A stretch of DNA of 33,696 nucleotides from an uncultured Atopobiaceae bacterium (GTDB lineage Bacteria > Actinomycetota > Coriobacteriia > Coriobacteriales > Atopobiaceae), in the NCBI GenBank assembly GCA_905235165.1, contig CAJOKK010000002.1, positions 13,100 to 46,795 on the forward strand, read 5' to 3'. Below the pieces are notes generated by a model that saw only the letters and a list, made by a program, of their open reading frames with translations, had not been told where the DNA came from and did not search any database. Shown piece after piece: positions 8,768-17,271 of the stretch; the first letter of the stretch is position 1; every line of letters starts with the position of its first letter. A program made the translations under genes and the position numbers.

Positions 8768-8800
8768 GTAGGTTCCTACGAATATACTGTAAGAACCTAC
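8768..8800 (+). promoter_or_regulatory. Palindrome centred on a TATACT -10 box upstream of the small HTH-like gene
   Basis: Sequence is GTAGGTTC-c-TAC-gaaTATACT-GTA-a-GAACCTAC, with 8+3 bp arms. The -10 hexamer is at about 8783-8788, roughly 70 nt upstream of the ATG at 8859. Confidence 0.4.
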
Positions 8801-8858
8801 GTAAATCAGAAGGACTCCTCGTGGGTAAGCTTACGTCAGAAGAAAAGGGGCGTGCGTC

Positions 8859-9158
8859 ATGTCGCTGACAGCACAACAGCAAGACGATACGAGAAGAGAG
8901 CTTCGCGAGAACTTCGAGAAGGCCGGTGTCAGCGTCTCGCAGGTGGCGGAGGACCTCGGTACGTCCGAGACCTATATCGAGCAGCTTCTTCGCCTTGAGC
9001 CAAGACGCTACGAAGACACCTGGATCTTGAAGAACTACCTTTGCGAGAAGGTCAGGGAGGCTGGAGATATCCCCACGCCCTTTACGGCATTGGGTGGCGA
9101 CTATCACGTCATCTGGTTCCTCGATCCGACCTACATCGACGGCGGTCGCATCTTTTGA
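8859..9158 (+). CDS. Small (99 aa) HTH-like protein, resembles DUF2316
   Basis: MSLTAQQQDDTRRELRENFEKAGVSVSQVAEDLGTSETYIEQLL.... It has an aaaagggg SD and a size and N-terminal pattern reminiscent of DUF2316. The family call is from memory and is not verified. Confidence 0.5.
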   Translation: MSLTAQQQDDTRRELRENFEKAGVSVSQVAEDLGTSETYIEQLLRLEPRRYEDTWILKNYLCEKVREAGDIPTPFTALGGDYHVIWFLDPTYIDGGRIF

Positions 9159-9317
9159 GAGCCGTCGTGTGCGTCACGCGATCCTAGACCCCTGAGGGCG
9201 CAAATGCCGCCGCTACCCTAGCTGCGTCACGGGCGCTCGTATCGAGCTGTTAGCGTGGTGGTACTTCCCAACAGGACGTTGGGTGTTCGTATGTCCCCAT
9301 ACATTAAGGAGAAGGAC

Positions 9318-10055
9318 ATGGGCAAGATCATTACCCTGATTACCGGAGCAGAGCGTGGTATGGGCCTGGTCACGGCGAAGGCCTTGGGCCAAAAGGGTCA
9401 ACACATCATCATCGGCGCCTACAACATGGATCTTGGCCAGCAGGCGCTCGCTGAGCTGATTGATGTCGGCGTCGAGGCCGAGCTCTACAAGTGCGACGTC
9501 ACCAACCGTGACGACATTAATGCCCTTGTCGCTGCCATCGATGACAAGTACGGCTACCTGAACATCCTCATCAACAACGCGGGCATTGCCGGTCCCATGA
9601 CGTCGCCTTCGCAGACCTCCGAGGAAGACCTGCGCAAGACCATGGAGACCAACTTCTTCGGTGCCGCCGCCATGGTCCAGGCCTTCCTGCCGCTGTTGAA
9701 GAAGGCCGAGTTTGGCAAGATCATCAACATCACGAGCGACCTCGGCTCCCTGACGCTTGCCTCCGACCCCACGAATCCGCTCTACAACTTCAACTCCTTT
9801 GCCTACTCCGCATCCAAGGCGGCAACCAACTTCATCACCGTGGCCTTCGCGAAGGAGCTTGCCGGCACGAACATCACGGTCAACTCCGTCAACCCCGGCA
9901 TGACGGCGACCGACCTCATCAACAAGAAGGCTTTCGAGGAGAACGGCGCCAAGACGCCGGAGCAGGGCGCCGCTCGTGCCATCGAGCTGGCATCTTCCGA
10001 CGACAACACCCTGACCGGAACCTTCACGCAAGACACGGGTCCGCTGCCTTGGTAA
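9318..10055 (+). CDS. SDR family oxidoreductase
   Basis: The ATG at 9318 follows an aaggagaagg SD. Motifs present are TGAERGMG (TGxxxGxG), NNAG and YSASK (YxxxK). Confidence 0.9.
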   Translation: MGKIITLITGAERGMGLVTAKALGQKGQHIIIGAYNMDLGQQALAELIDVGVEAELYKCDVTNRDDINALVAAIDDKYGYLNILINNAGIAGPMTSPSQTSEEDLRKTMETNFFGAAAMVQAFLPLLKKAEFGKIINITSDLGSLTLASDPTNPLYNFNSFAYSASKAATNFITVAFAKELAGTNITVNSVNPGMTATDLINKKAFEENGAKTPEQGAARAIELASSDDNTLTGTFTQDTGPLPW

Positions 10056-10075
10056 CAACGTTCTAATCGCTATGC

Positions 10076-10108
10076 AAAAGGGGCTCTCCCTTCCAAAGGG
10101 GGAGCCCC
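10076..10108 (-). terminator. Hairpin with a U-tract on the minus strand only
   Basis: ggggctctccc / gggggagcccc form an 11-bp stem with 1 mismatch. The plus strand has aaaa before it and no T-run after it. Its polarity therefore suits minus-strand transcripts arriving from the repeat/tsf side rather than the upstream SDR gene. Confidence 0.5.
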
Positions 10109-10132
10109 TAATAGGCCACCTGCCGTAGACCA

Positions 10133-10323
10133 TCCGGAGAAAGCCAGGCGCGGCCAGGCGGGGACGGCGGGCGGCCCTGCGCGAACGTTCTGCGGCAATG
10201 AGGAGCGAAGGCGCGGCGGGAGCGAGGACTTGTCTGAGCGAGCGAAGCGAGCGAGTCCCGCAGCTGCCGCGCCGGAGCGACGAACGTCCTTGCCGCAGAG
10301 TTCGCGCGGGTTCTCCCGCCGTC
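10133..10323. repeat. Long palindromic intergenic element, copy 2 (diverged, outer right arm lost)
   Basis: Collinear on the plus strand with 2559-2739, roughly 85-90 percent identical by eye, with a roughly 10-nt insertion near the left end. It shares the centre gagcgagcgaagcgagcgagtcccgcagctgccgcgcc. Confidence 0.85.
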
Positions 10324-10370
10324 GTCACGCACAGACAGAGATGAAGGCCAATCCCAGGCAGTTCACGTAC

Positions 10371-10402
10371 AAGAAAGGAGCCGGGACGTTAATCCCGGCT
10401 CC
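10371..10402 (-). terminator. Intrinsic terminator of tsf
   Basis: The minus strand reads ggagccggga-ttaacg-tcccggctcc followed by tttctt. It lies about 40 nt after the tsf stop. Confidence 0.75.
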
Positions 10403-10441
10403 CCTACTGAGCAACTATGTGCTGACGCTCAAACTAAAGGC

Positions 10442-11308
10442 TTACTCGCCGAAGTTGTAGCGGATGAAGTCGACAAGCTCGACCTTCTTGCCAAGCTCCT
10501 TGGAGACCTTCTCAGCGAGCTCGTTGATGGAGACGCTGCCGTCCTTGACGTAGGCCTGCTCGCCGAGGACGTTCTCCTTGAAGAACTTCTCGAGCTTGCC
10601 AAGGGCCATCTTCTCCTGGATAGCCTCGGGCTTGCCGGAGTTGGCAGCCTGGGCCTTGGCGATCTCGACCTCGTGGTCGACGACCTCGGAGGAGACGTCC
10701 TCACGCTTGGCGGCAACCGGGTTCATGGCGATGACCTGCATGGCGACGTCGCGAGCGAAGTTCAGGAAGGCGTCAGCCTTGGCGGCGTCGGCATCCTCGA
10801 CGGTGAACTCGACGATGTCGGCGTGCTTGCCGTCGTGGTGGATGTACTTAACGAGGGTGCCCTCGGTGGTGACGAACTGGAAGCGGTTGATCTTCTGGTT
10901 CTCGCCGAAGACGTGGATGTTCTCCTTGAGCTCCTCGTCGACGGTCTTGCCGTTCATCGGGGCAGCGAGAAGCTCCTCGAGGTTAGCGGGCTTGACCTCG
11001 GCGACGACCTTGGCGAGGGACTCGGCGAAGGCGCGGAACTTGGCGTTGGTGCCAACGAAGTCGGTCTCGCAGGTGAGCTCGAGCAGAGCGCCGGTCTTGC
11101 CGTCCTCGGAGATGTAGGCGGCGATGGTGCCCTCGTTGGTGTCGCGGCCAGCGCGCTTGACGGCCTTGGCGAGACCCATGGTGCGCAGGACGTCGACGGC
11201 CTTCTCGATGTCGCCATCAGCCTCGACGAGTGCCTTCTTGCACTCCATCATCGGGGAGTCGGTCATCTCACGGAGCTGCTTGACGAGAGCGGCGGTAACC
11301 TGAGCCAT
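10442..11308 (-). CDS. tsf: Elongation factor Ts
   Basis: MAQVTAALVKQLREMTDSPMMECKKALVEADGDIEKA... is the canonical EF-Ts N-terminus. It has an aaggagg SD and lies downstream of rpsB. Confidence 0.97.
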   Translation of the reverse strand: MAQVTAALVKQLREMTDSPMMECKKALVEADGDIEKAVDVLRTMGLAKAVKRAGRDTNEGTIAAYISEDGKTGALLELTCETDFVGTNAKFRAFAESLAKVVAEVKPANLEELLAAPMNGKTVDEELKENIHVFGENQKINRFQFVTTEGTLVKYIHHDGKHADIVEFTVEDADAAKADAFLNFARDVAMQVIAMNPVAAKREDVSSEVVDHEVEIAKAQAANSGKPEAIQEKMALGKLEKFFKENVLGEQAYVKDGSVSINELAEKVSKELGKKVELVDFIRYNFGE

Positions 11309-11363
11309 GGTAGATCCTCCTTAGGATGGTGTTATCAAAAGACGGGAAGTGCGGAAGCCGTAC

Positions 11364-12098
11364 TTACTCGGCTGCGGGAGCCTCGGCAGCCATCTCCTCA
11401 ACGGAGATCTGCTCCTTGCCGGAGCCAGCGAGGGCAGCGTCGGCAACGAGCTCGCACATGAGCGAGACAGAGCGGATGGCGTCGTCGTTCGCGGGGATGC
11501 CGTAGTCAACGACGTCGGGATCGGAGTTGGTGTCGAGAAGGCCGATGACGGGGATGTGCAGACGGTTGGCCTCCTTGATGGCGATCTCCTCGCGCTTGGT
11601 GTCAACCACGAAGATGGCCTGCGGAAGGGCCTTCATGTCGCGGACGCCGCCGAGGTTGCGCTGGAGCTTCTCGAGCTCCTTGGTGAGCACAGCCTGCTCC
11701 TTCTTGCCGCGAAGGGCCATGGTGCCGTCCTCGACCATGCGCTCAAGCTCCTCCATGCGGTCGATACGCGAACGCATGGTGACGAAGTTGGTGAGCATGC
11801 CGCCGAGCCAACGCTGGTTGATGTAGGGCATGTTGGCGCGAGCAGCCTGGGTGGCGATGGGCTCCTGGGCCTGCTTCTTGGTGCCGACGAAGAGGATGTT
11901 GCCGCCCTTGGCAGCGGTCTCCTTGATGAAGGTGTAAGCCTGGTCGGCGTTGATGACCGTCTGCTTGAGGTCGAGGATGTAGATGCCGTTGCGCTCACCG
12001 AAGATGTAGGGCTTCATCTTGGGGTTCCAGCGACGGGTCTGGTGACCATAGTGGCAGCCGGCCTCGAGCAGGGTCTTGATGTTGATCTTAACAGCCAT
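11364..12098 (-). CDS. rpsB: 30S ribosomal protein S2
   Basis: Trimmed to the ATG at 12096-12098 ([28 protein letters not shown]), with aggagg 6 nt upstream. Confidence 0.97.
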   Translation of the reverse strand: MAVKINIKTLLEAGCHYGHQTRRWNPKMKPYIFGERNGIYILDLKQTVINADQAYTFIKETAAKGGNILFVGTKKQAQEPIATQAARANMPYINQRWLGGMLTNFVTMRSRIDRMEELERMVEDGTMALRGKKEQAVLTKELEKLQRNLGGVRDMKALPQAIFVVDTKREEIAIKEANRLHIPVIGLLDTNSDPDVVDYGIPANDDAIRSVSLMCELVADAALAGSGKEQISVEEMAAEAPAAE

Positions 12099-12239
12099 GA
12101 TAACCTCCTGTGGTTGGTCCTCCGCGTGATGTCGTCCCCCTTGAACCACCCAAGACCTGGCTTGAGAGTCCTGGGCACCGTGGCCTTGGAGTCGTCACGC
12201 GTGCGAATTGGATGCTGTGCGGGCGCACAGCGACCATTG

Positions 12240-12245
12240 AGTATA
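12240..12245 (-). promoter_or_regulatory. Candidate -10 box (TATACT) for rpsB-tsf, giving a roughly 135-nt leader
   Basis: The minus strand reads gggtgcTATACTcaatgg. It is followed by the hairpin gctgtgc-gccc-gcacagc. The -35 is poor. Confidence 0.35.
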
Positions 12246-12360
12246 GCACCCGGCGCCAAACGCAAGGCTAACAATGTGTACCTCATGTGTGCTCCACAAG
12301 CCGCAAGGACTGGGAGGTCAGGGCGTGCGCGAGATGGCGCGCCTGCGGGAAGGGGCGCAA

Positions 12361-13293
12361 TCACTCGCCACGCGGGTGGGCCTGGCGGGCCGCGTCTCGC
12401 AGGCGGTCTGCGGAGAGGTGCGTGTAGATCTGGGTCGTGGCCAGGCTTGCGTGACCGAGAAGCTCCTGGACGCTGCGCAGGTCAGCGCCTCCTGCCAGAA
12501 GCTCGGTGGCATAGGTGTGCCGCATGGCGTGAGGGGTGAGGCTTGCGTCGAGCCCCGCTTGCGTCACGTGTCGCTCGAAGCAGGTCCGCAGGGCGTTCGC
12601 GCTCATGCGGTTGCCCCTCGTTGAGACAAAGAGGGCGTCAGTCTTCTCCCCCTTGGCCTTGGCAGCGAGCTGAGCGCGTGCATGGGCCAGATAGGTGCGA
12701 AGCCAGCTGAGGCTGGCGTCATAGAGCGGCACGATGCGCTCCTTGGAGCCCTTTCCGAAGAGGCGGACCTGGGCTGAGGCGAGGTCAACGTCGGCCAGGT
12801 CAAGGCGGGAGAGCTCGGAGATACGCGCCCCCGACGCATACAGCAGCTCGAGAAAGGCGCGGTCGCGCAAGCCCTCCGACGTGGAGCTGTCGCAGGTCTC
12901 GAGAAGGCGGTTGGCCTCCTCGTCAGTCATGGTCTTGGGAAGGGTCTGTGCCAGCTTGGGGCTCGAAAGCGCGGCGGCCACGTCCTGGTCGGTCAGCCCC
13001 TCGTGCACCAGCCAGCGATACAGGGCACGAATGGCTGAGAGGTGCCGGTTGATCGTCTTGGTGGAGTAGCGTGCCCGCGAGAGCTCGGCCAGGTAGCTGC
13101 GCAGCTGGCGATGGGTCACCTGAAGCGGGCGGACACCCTGGCGCTCAACCCAGGCGCAATAGGCATCGAGGTCTATCTCGTAGGCGCGCACGGTGTTGTC
13201 AGACAGGTTGCGCACCGTGGCGAGGTAGACGACGAAGCGATCGACGTAGCCACGAAAGCGTTCGAGCTCCTCAAGACGCTCGTCCGTCTCCAT
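12361..13293 (-). CDS. xerC: Tyrosine recombinase XerC/XerD family (chromosome dimer resolution)
   Basis: Catalytic motifs HAMRHTYATELL and LGHASLATTQIYTH are present, with an N-terminal SAM-like domain (TVRAYEIDLDAY). It sits in the conserved dprA...xerC...rpsB neighbourhood, 5 nt after the trmFO stop. Confidence 0.8.
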   Translation of the reverse strand: METDERLEELERFRGYVDRFVVYLATVRNLSDNTVRAYEIDLDAYCAWVERQGVRPLQVTHRQLRSYLAELSRARYSTKTINRHLSAIRALYRWLVHEGLTDQDVAAALSSPKLAQTLPKTMTDEEANRLLETCDSSTSEGLRDRAFLELLYASGARISELSRLDLADVDLASAQVRLFGKGSKERIVPLYDASLSWLRTYLAHARAQLAAKAKGEKTDALFVSTRGNRMSANALRTCFERHVTQAGLDASLTPHAMRHTYATELLAGGADLRSVQELLGHASLATTQIYTHLSADRLRDAARQAHPRGE

Positions 13294-13298
13294 GGCGA

Positions 13299-14705
13299 TT
13301 ATGCCTGCCCATCCGAGCTGGAAATGCCCTTGTCGGCAGCGGGGTCTTCCGGCTGCTCGATAGGGTCATCGAGGGCTGAGAGGTCGGGGTCGGCAAAGAG
13401 GTCGGGGCGTGCGGCAAGGGCCTCGCGCAGGTCATGCCGGGCACGCGCGGCGTAGGCCGCGTAGCGGTCACGCTTGCTCAGGCGCTTGCCGCCCAAGGGC
13501 GGGAGGATGCCAAAGTTCACGTGCATGGGCTGGTAGGGCTCGGTGGCTGGGTCGGTCGCATAGGCCACAAGCGAGCCGAAGGCCGAGGTGCGCGGCAAGC
13601 TGAGCGCGGGCACGCCCGTGATGTCGGCATAGGTGTTGACCGCGGCGAGCAGGCCCGAGGCAATGGCCTCGACGTAGCCCTCGGTACCCGTGATCTGGCC
13701 AGCGAGACGAATCGTCGTATTGGGGATGGCGAAGGTGGCGTCGAGGGCGCGGGGAGAGTCGACGAAGGAGTTGCGATGCATGACGCCAAAACGGGAGAAG
13801 ACCGCGTCACCCAGGCCGGGGATGAGGCGAAAGACGCGCTCCTGCTCGCCCCAGACCAGGTTGGTCTGGAATCCCACGAGGTTGTAGGCGGTACGCTCGG
13901 CGTTCTCGGCCCGCAGCTGCACGGCTGCCCAGGGACGGCGACCCGAGCGCGGATCGACAAGGCCCACCGGCTTGAGGGCGCCAAAGCGCAGGGCGTCGAC
14001 GCCCTTGCGCGCGATCTCCTCGACCGGCTGGCAGGCCTGGAAGAGGTCGCGCTGCTCGAAGTCGCGCGAGATGACGCGACGCGCGGAGACAAGGGCCTCA
14101 TAAAAGGCCTCGTACTCCTCCTTGTCCATGGGGCAGTTGAGGTAGTCGCCCGCCCCCTGCTCGCCATAGCGCGACTGCTCGAAGATGACCGAGCGGTCGA
14201 GCGAGTCAGCCTCGACGATGGGAGCCGCCGCATCGAAGAAGGACAGGCGCTCGCCGCCCACGCGCTCAGCCAGGGCCGCAAAGAGGCGCTCGGAGCAGAG
14301 CGGGCCGGCGGCGATGACGACGCGGCCCTCAGGAATCTCGGTGGCCTCACGACGCTCAAGCGTGATGTGGGGATCGTCCTCGACGGCCTTGGTGACGGCG
14401 GCAGAGAAGGCGTCGCGGTCGACGGCAAGGGCACCGCCCGCAGGCACCGCGCAGTCTCGGGCGATGGCAAGCAGCTGCGAGCCCATGGCCGTGAGCTCCT
14501 GCTTGAGCAGGCCCGCAGCGCTGTCGGGGCGCGTCGACTTCAGGGAGTTGGAGCAGACGAGCTCGGCCAGGCGGTCGCCATGGTGGGCGGGGGCGTTGTC
14601 CGACGGCCGCTGCTCAAGGAGGGTGACGTCGATGCCACGCGATGCCAGCTGCAAGGCACACTCGCTGCCCGCAAGGCCGCCCCCAATCACCGTGACCTGC
14701 TCCAT
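13299..14705 (-). CDS. trmFO: Methylenetetrahydrofolate--tRNA-(uracil-5)-methyltransferase TrmFO
   Basis: Starts MEQVTVIGGGLAGSECALQLA (FAD dinucleotide fold). It also has LAELVCSNSLKS and GQITGTEGYVEAIASG, and a ggagaggag SD. Confidence 0.92.
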   Translation of the reverse strand: MEQVTVIGGGLAGSECALQLASRGIDVTLLEQRPSDNAPAHHGDRLAELVCSNSLKSTRPDSAAGLLKQELTAMGSQLLAIARDCAVPAGGALAVDRDAFSAAVTKAVEDDPHITLERREATEIPEGRVVIAAGPLCSERLFAALAERVGGERLSFFDAAAPIVEADSLDRSVIFEQSRYGEQGAGDYLNCPMDKEEYEAFYEALVSARRVISRDFEQRDLFQACQPVEEIARKGVDALRFGALKPVGLVDPRSGRRPWAAVQLRAENAERTAYNLVGFQTNLVWGEQERVFRLIPGLGDAVFSRFGVMHRNSFVDSPRALDATFAIPNTTIRLAGQITGTEGYVEAIASGLLAAVNTYADITGVPALSLPRTSAFGSLVAYATDPATEPYQPMHVNFGILPPLGGKRLSKRDRYAAYAARARHDLREALAARPDLFADPDLSALDDPIEQPEDPAADKGISSSDGQA

Positions 14706-14880
14706 GTATCTGCTCCTCTCCCCTTACGTTCTTTGTGCTTGAACATTCTAGCGAGAAGGAGCGGCCATGGCCCCAGAAGGGCGATGACCAAGAGATTTGC
14801 ACGGCTTTGTGGGCCTTGCGAGGGGCAACTCGCACCGAGCCTGTCCCTCGCAAGGCTGAGCCATCGCCACATTCCGCCTC

Positions 14881-15804
14881 TTAGCCTTCGCCCTCAGCGA
14901 GAAAGGCCTTGCGCGAAGGGGCGTAGCGTCCATCCGGCAGGCGCGTCACAAATCCGCTCGCCTCAAGCTCGGCAAGCTTGCGAAGCGTTGAGAGGGCCGA
15001 CTTTCCCAGGCGGTTTGCCAGGTCGTCTGGACGCATGGGCATCGCGGCCAAAGCCGAGACAACCATGTCTAAGTCTCTTCTCTGCGCTCCCCCGCCCACC
15101 AGGCGCATGACGCCAAAATCGAGCGATATACGCATCTCCAGGTCCTCCTCGGAAACGATGGGCAAGGCCCCATCCACGATGAGCTTGTTGGCGCCTACAG
15201 ACTCTGGCGAGAAGATGCAGCCGGGCACGGAGTAGAGCGTGCGATTCAGATCGATCGCGAAGGCCGCCGTGCTTGACGTACCCGAGCGCTCCCCTGCCTC
15301 GGTAACCAGCAGGGCTTCAGCGAGCGCCGCGATGAGGCGGTTGCGCTTGGGAAAGCCATATCTCGATGGTGGGGTCCCCCAACGCTCGAGACCCACCACG
15401 CAGCCATGCTTGAGGGCTCCCTCAAAAACATCAGTCGAGCTCTTGGGATAGATCTGATCGACGCCGGTGCCCGGGACGACGATGGTCGCGCCGCCCGCCC
15501 GCTGGGCTCCACGCAAGGCCGCGGCATCACAACCGAGCGCGCCACCAGAGACGACCGTGATGCCGCACTCGGCAGCAACCCTTCCCGCCATCTCGGCCAC
15601 GGCCAAACCGTACGGGGTCGCACGACGTGCTCCGATAATGGCCAGGCACCTCGTCTGCAGGACCTCCCTGGAGCCCATTCCATACAGGACTTTGGGCAGA
15701 TCCTCGAGGTCCCTCACGCTCTCGGGAAAGGCCTCGTCTTCAGACGTCAACTCCCAGCGCCCATCCCCTTCAGGGACTACTCGCTCCTCGGACGATACGA
15801 ACAT
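14881..15804 (-). CDS. dprA: DNA-processing protein DprA
   Basis: Contains LAIIGARRATPYG, VVSGGALGCDAAA and GTGVDQIYP. There is a C-terminal winged-helix-like tail. The start overlaps the comM end by 28 nt. Confidence 0.92.
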   Translation of the reverse strand: MFVSSEERVVPEGDGRWELTSEDEAFPESVRDLEDLPKVLYGMGSREVLQTRCLAIIGARRATPYGLAVAEMAGRVAAECGITVVSGGALGCDAAALRGAQRAGGATIVVPGTGVDQIYPKSSTDVFEGALKHGCVVGLERWGTPPSRYGFPKRNRLIAALAEALLVTEAGERSGTSSTAAFAIDLNRTLYSVPGCIFSPESVGANKLIVDGALPIVSEEDLEMRISLDFGVMRLVGGGAQRRDLDMVVSALAAMPMRPDDLANRLGKSALSTLRKLAELEASGFVTRLPDGRYAPSRKAFLAEGEG

Positions 15805-17270
15805 GCCTCCACCACCTCCTCGGCTCCGATGACCTCATGTTCGGCTAGGTCGGCAATCGTTCGCGCCACCGACGCCACGCGAGCTATGCCCCGACCTCCA
15901 AAGCCCTTGCGATCGGCAAGGGTCTCCAGGACCTCGCGCGCCCGATCCTCCATCGCCACCGCACTCAAGCCGTTGCCTGACCCACGCTGGCGCGCACTTC
16001 TCCACGATCGATACTCACGTGCCGCTGCCACCTGCTCAGCCATAAGCTCGGATGAAAGCCCCTCACTCCCCCGGATGACCTTGCGAGAGCTCGGCCGGGC
16101 CACGTCTATAAAGACGTCGATGCGGTCTATCAAAGGACCACACATCTTGGCTTGATAGGCTTGGATTCGCGCGGGAGTGCAGGTACAGGTGTGGCCGGGG
16201 TCACCCAGGTGTCCGCAAGGACAGGGGTTGGCCGCCGCGACGAACATGAAGTCGGCCGGAAAGACATAGGTGCCATCCGCACGAACGATCCTCACGCGGC
16301 GATCCTCAAGGGGTTGGCGAAGCGCCTGCAGGGTCAAGTTGTTGAACTCGGGAAGCTCGTCCAGAAAGAGAACGCCCTTATGGGCAAGGGAGATCTCACC
16401 CGGCGTGACCGGATGCCCGCCGCCGATCAAGCCCACCGACGAGACGGAGTGATGCGGTGCCCTGAAGGGGCGACCACCTGCCTCGAGGTCGTCAAGCGGC
16501 TCCCCGGCAACGGAGTGCAAGAGCATGGCCTCCACGCGATCTTCTGCAGAGAGGGACGGCAGTATGGTGGGAATCCGACGCGCGAGCATGGTCTTGCCCG
16601 CACCGGGAGGCCCCACCATGAGCACGCCATGGCTTCCCGCCGCCGCGATGACGAGCGCCCGCTTGGCAACCTCTTGGTCAACCACGTCAGCGAAGTCAAG
16701 CTCGCAGCAACGGCGACTCCCACAGTTAGCCTCCATGGCAACAGAGCCGCTCACCGCATAGGTTCCCAGCGCGTCGACCCCGCGTCGCAGCTGAGAAAGG
16801 GCCTGGATGCTACGTTCCCGCTCTGAGACCAGCCAACCCTGCGGATCTTCTCGGGCGTGCACAAAGGCCAAGCCCTTCTCCGAAGCAAGCAGGGCAAAGG
16901 CCACCGTCCCGCGCACTGGGGTCACGCCCCCATTGAGGTCGAGCTCGCCCACAAAGAGGCAGTCATCAAGCCCATCGGGAGGAATCTGCTTGGAGCAGGC
17001 GAGAATGGCCACGGCAATCGGCAGGTCAAGGCCCGTTCCCGTCTTCTTGATCTCACCGGGAGCAAGGTTGACCGTCACGTTGGCGCGAGGCATCGTGAAC
17101 CCACAGCTATTCATGGCACAGCGCACGCGCGCGACCGCCTCGTGCACCGAGGTGTCAGGCATGCCCACGATGTGTACACCGGGTATTCCCGCCGTGAAGG
17201 AGACCTCGACGCACACGTCAACCGCCTCAGCCCCGCGCACCACTGCCGAGTGCACGCTGAAGGAGGCCAT
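15777..17270 (-). CDS. comM: YifB/ComM family Mg-chelatase-like AAA+ ATPase
   Basis: Trimmed to the ATG at 17268-17270 (MASFSVHSAVVRGAEA...). It has an N-terminal Lon-like domain, Walker A GPPGAGKT and a CPCGHLGDPGHTCTC motif. The ATG is 1 nt after the yraN stop. Confidence 0.92.
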   Translation of the reverse strand: MASFSVHSAVVRGAEAVDVCVEVSFTAGIPGVHIVGMPDTSVHEAVARVRCAMNSCGFTMPRANVTVNLAPGEIKKTGTGLDLPIAVAILACSKQIPPDGLDDCLFVGELDLNGGVTPVRGTVAFALLASEKGLAFVHAREDPQGWLVSERERSIQALSQLRRGVDALGTYAVSGSVAMEANCGSRRCCELDFADVVDQEVAKRALVIAAAGSHGVLMVGPPGAGKTMLARRIPTILPSLSAEDRVEAMLLHSVAGEPLDDLEAGGRPFRAPHHSVSSVGLIGGGHPVTPGEISLAHKGVLFLDELPEFNNLTLQALRQPLEDRRVRIVRADGTYVFPADFMFVAAANPCPCGHLGDPGHTCTCTPARIQAYQAKMCGPLIDRIDVFIDVARPSSRKVIRGSEGLSSELMAEQVAAAREYRSWRSARQRGSGNGLSAVAMEDRAREVLETLADRKGFGGRGIARVASVARTIADLAEHEVIGAEEVVEACSYRPRSE

Positions 17271-17271
17271 G

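Noticed and set aside
12361-13293. A tyrosine recombinase that could mark an integrated mobile element or phage.
   Set aside because: It sits in the conserved dprA / trmFO / xerC ... rpsB-tsf housekeeping neighbourhood and is coupled 5 nt behind trmFO. It has no flanking att-like repeats, tRNA or phage genes. I interpret it as chromosomal XerC/XerD.
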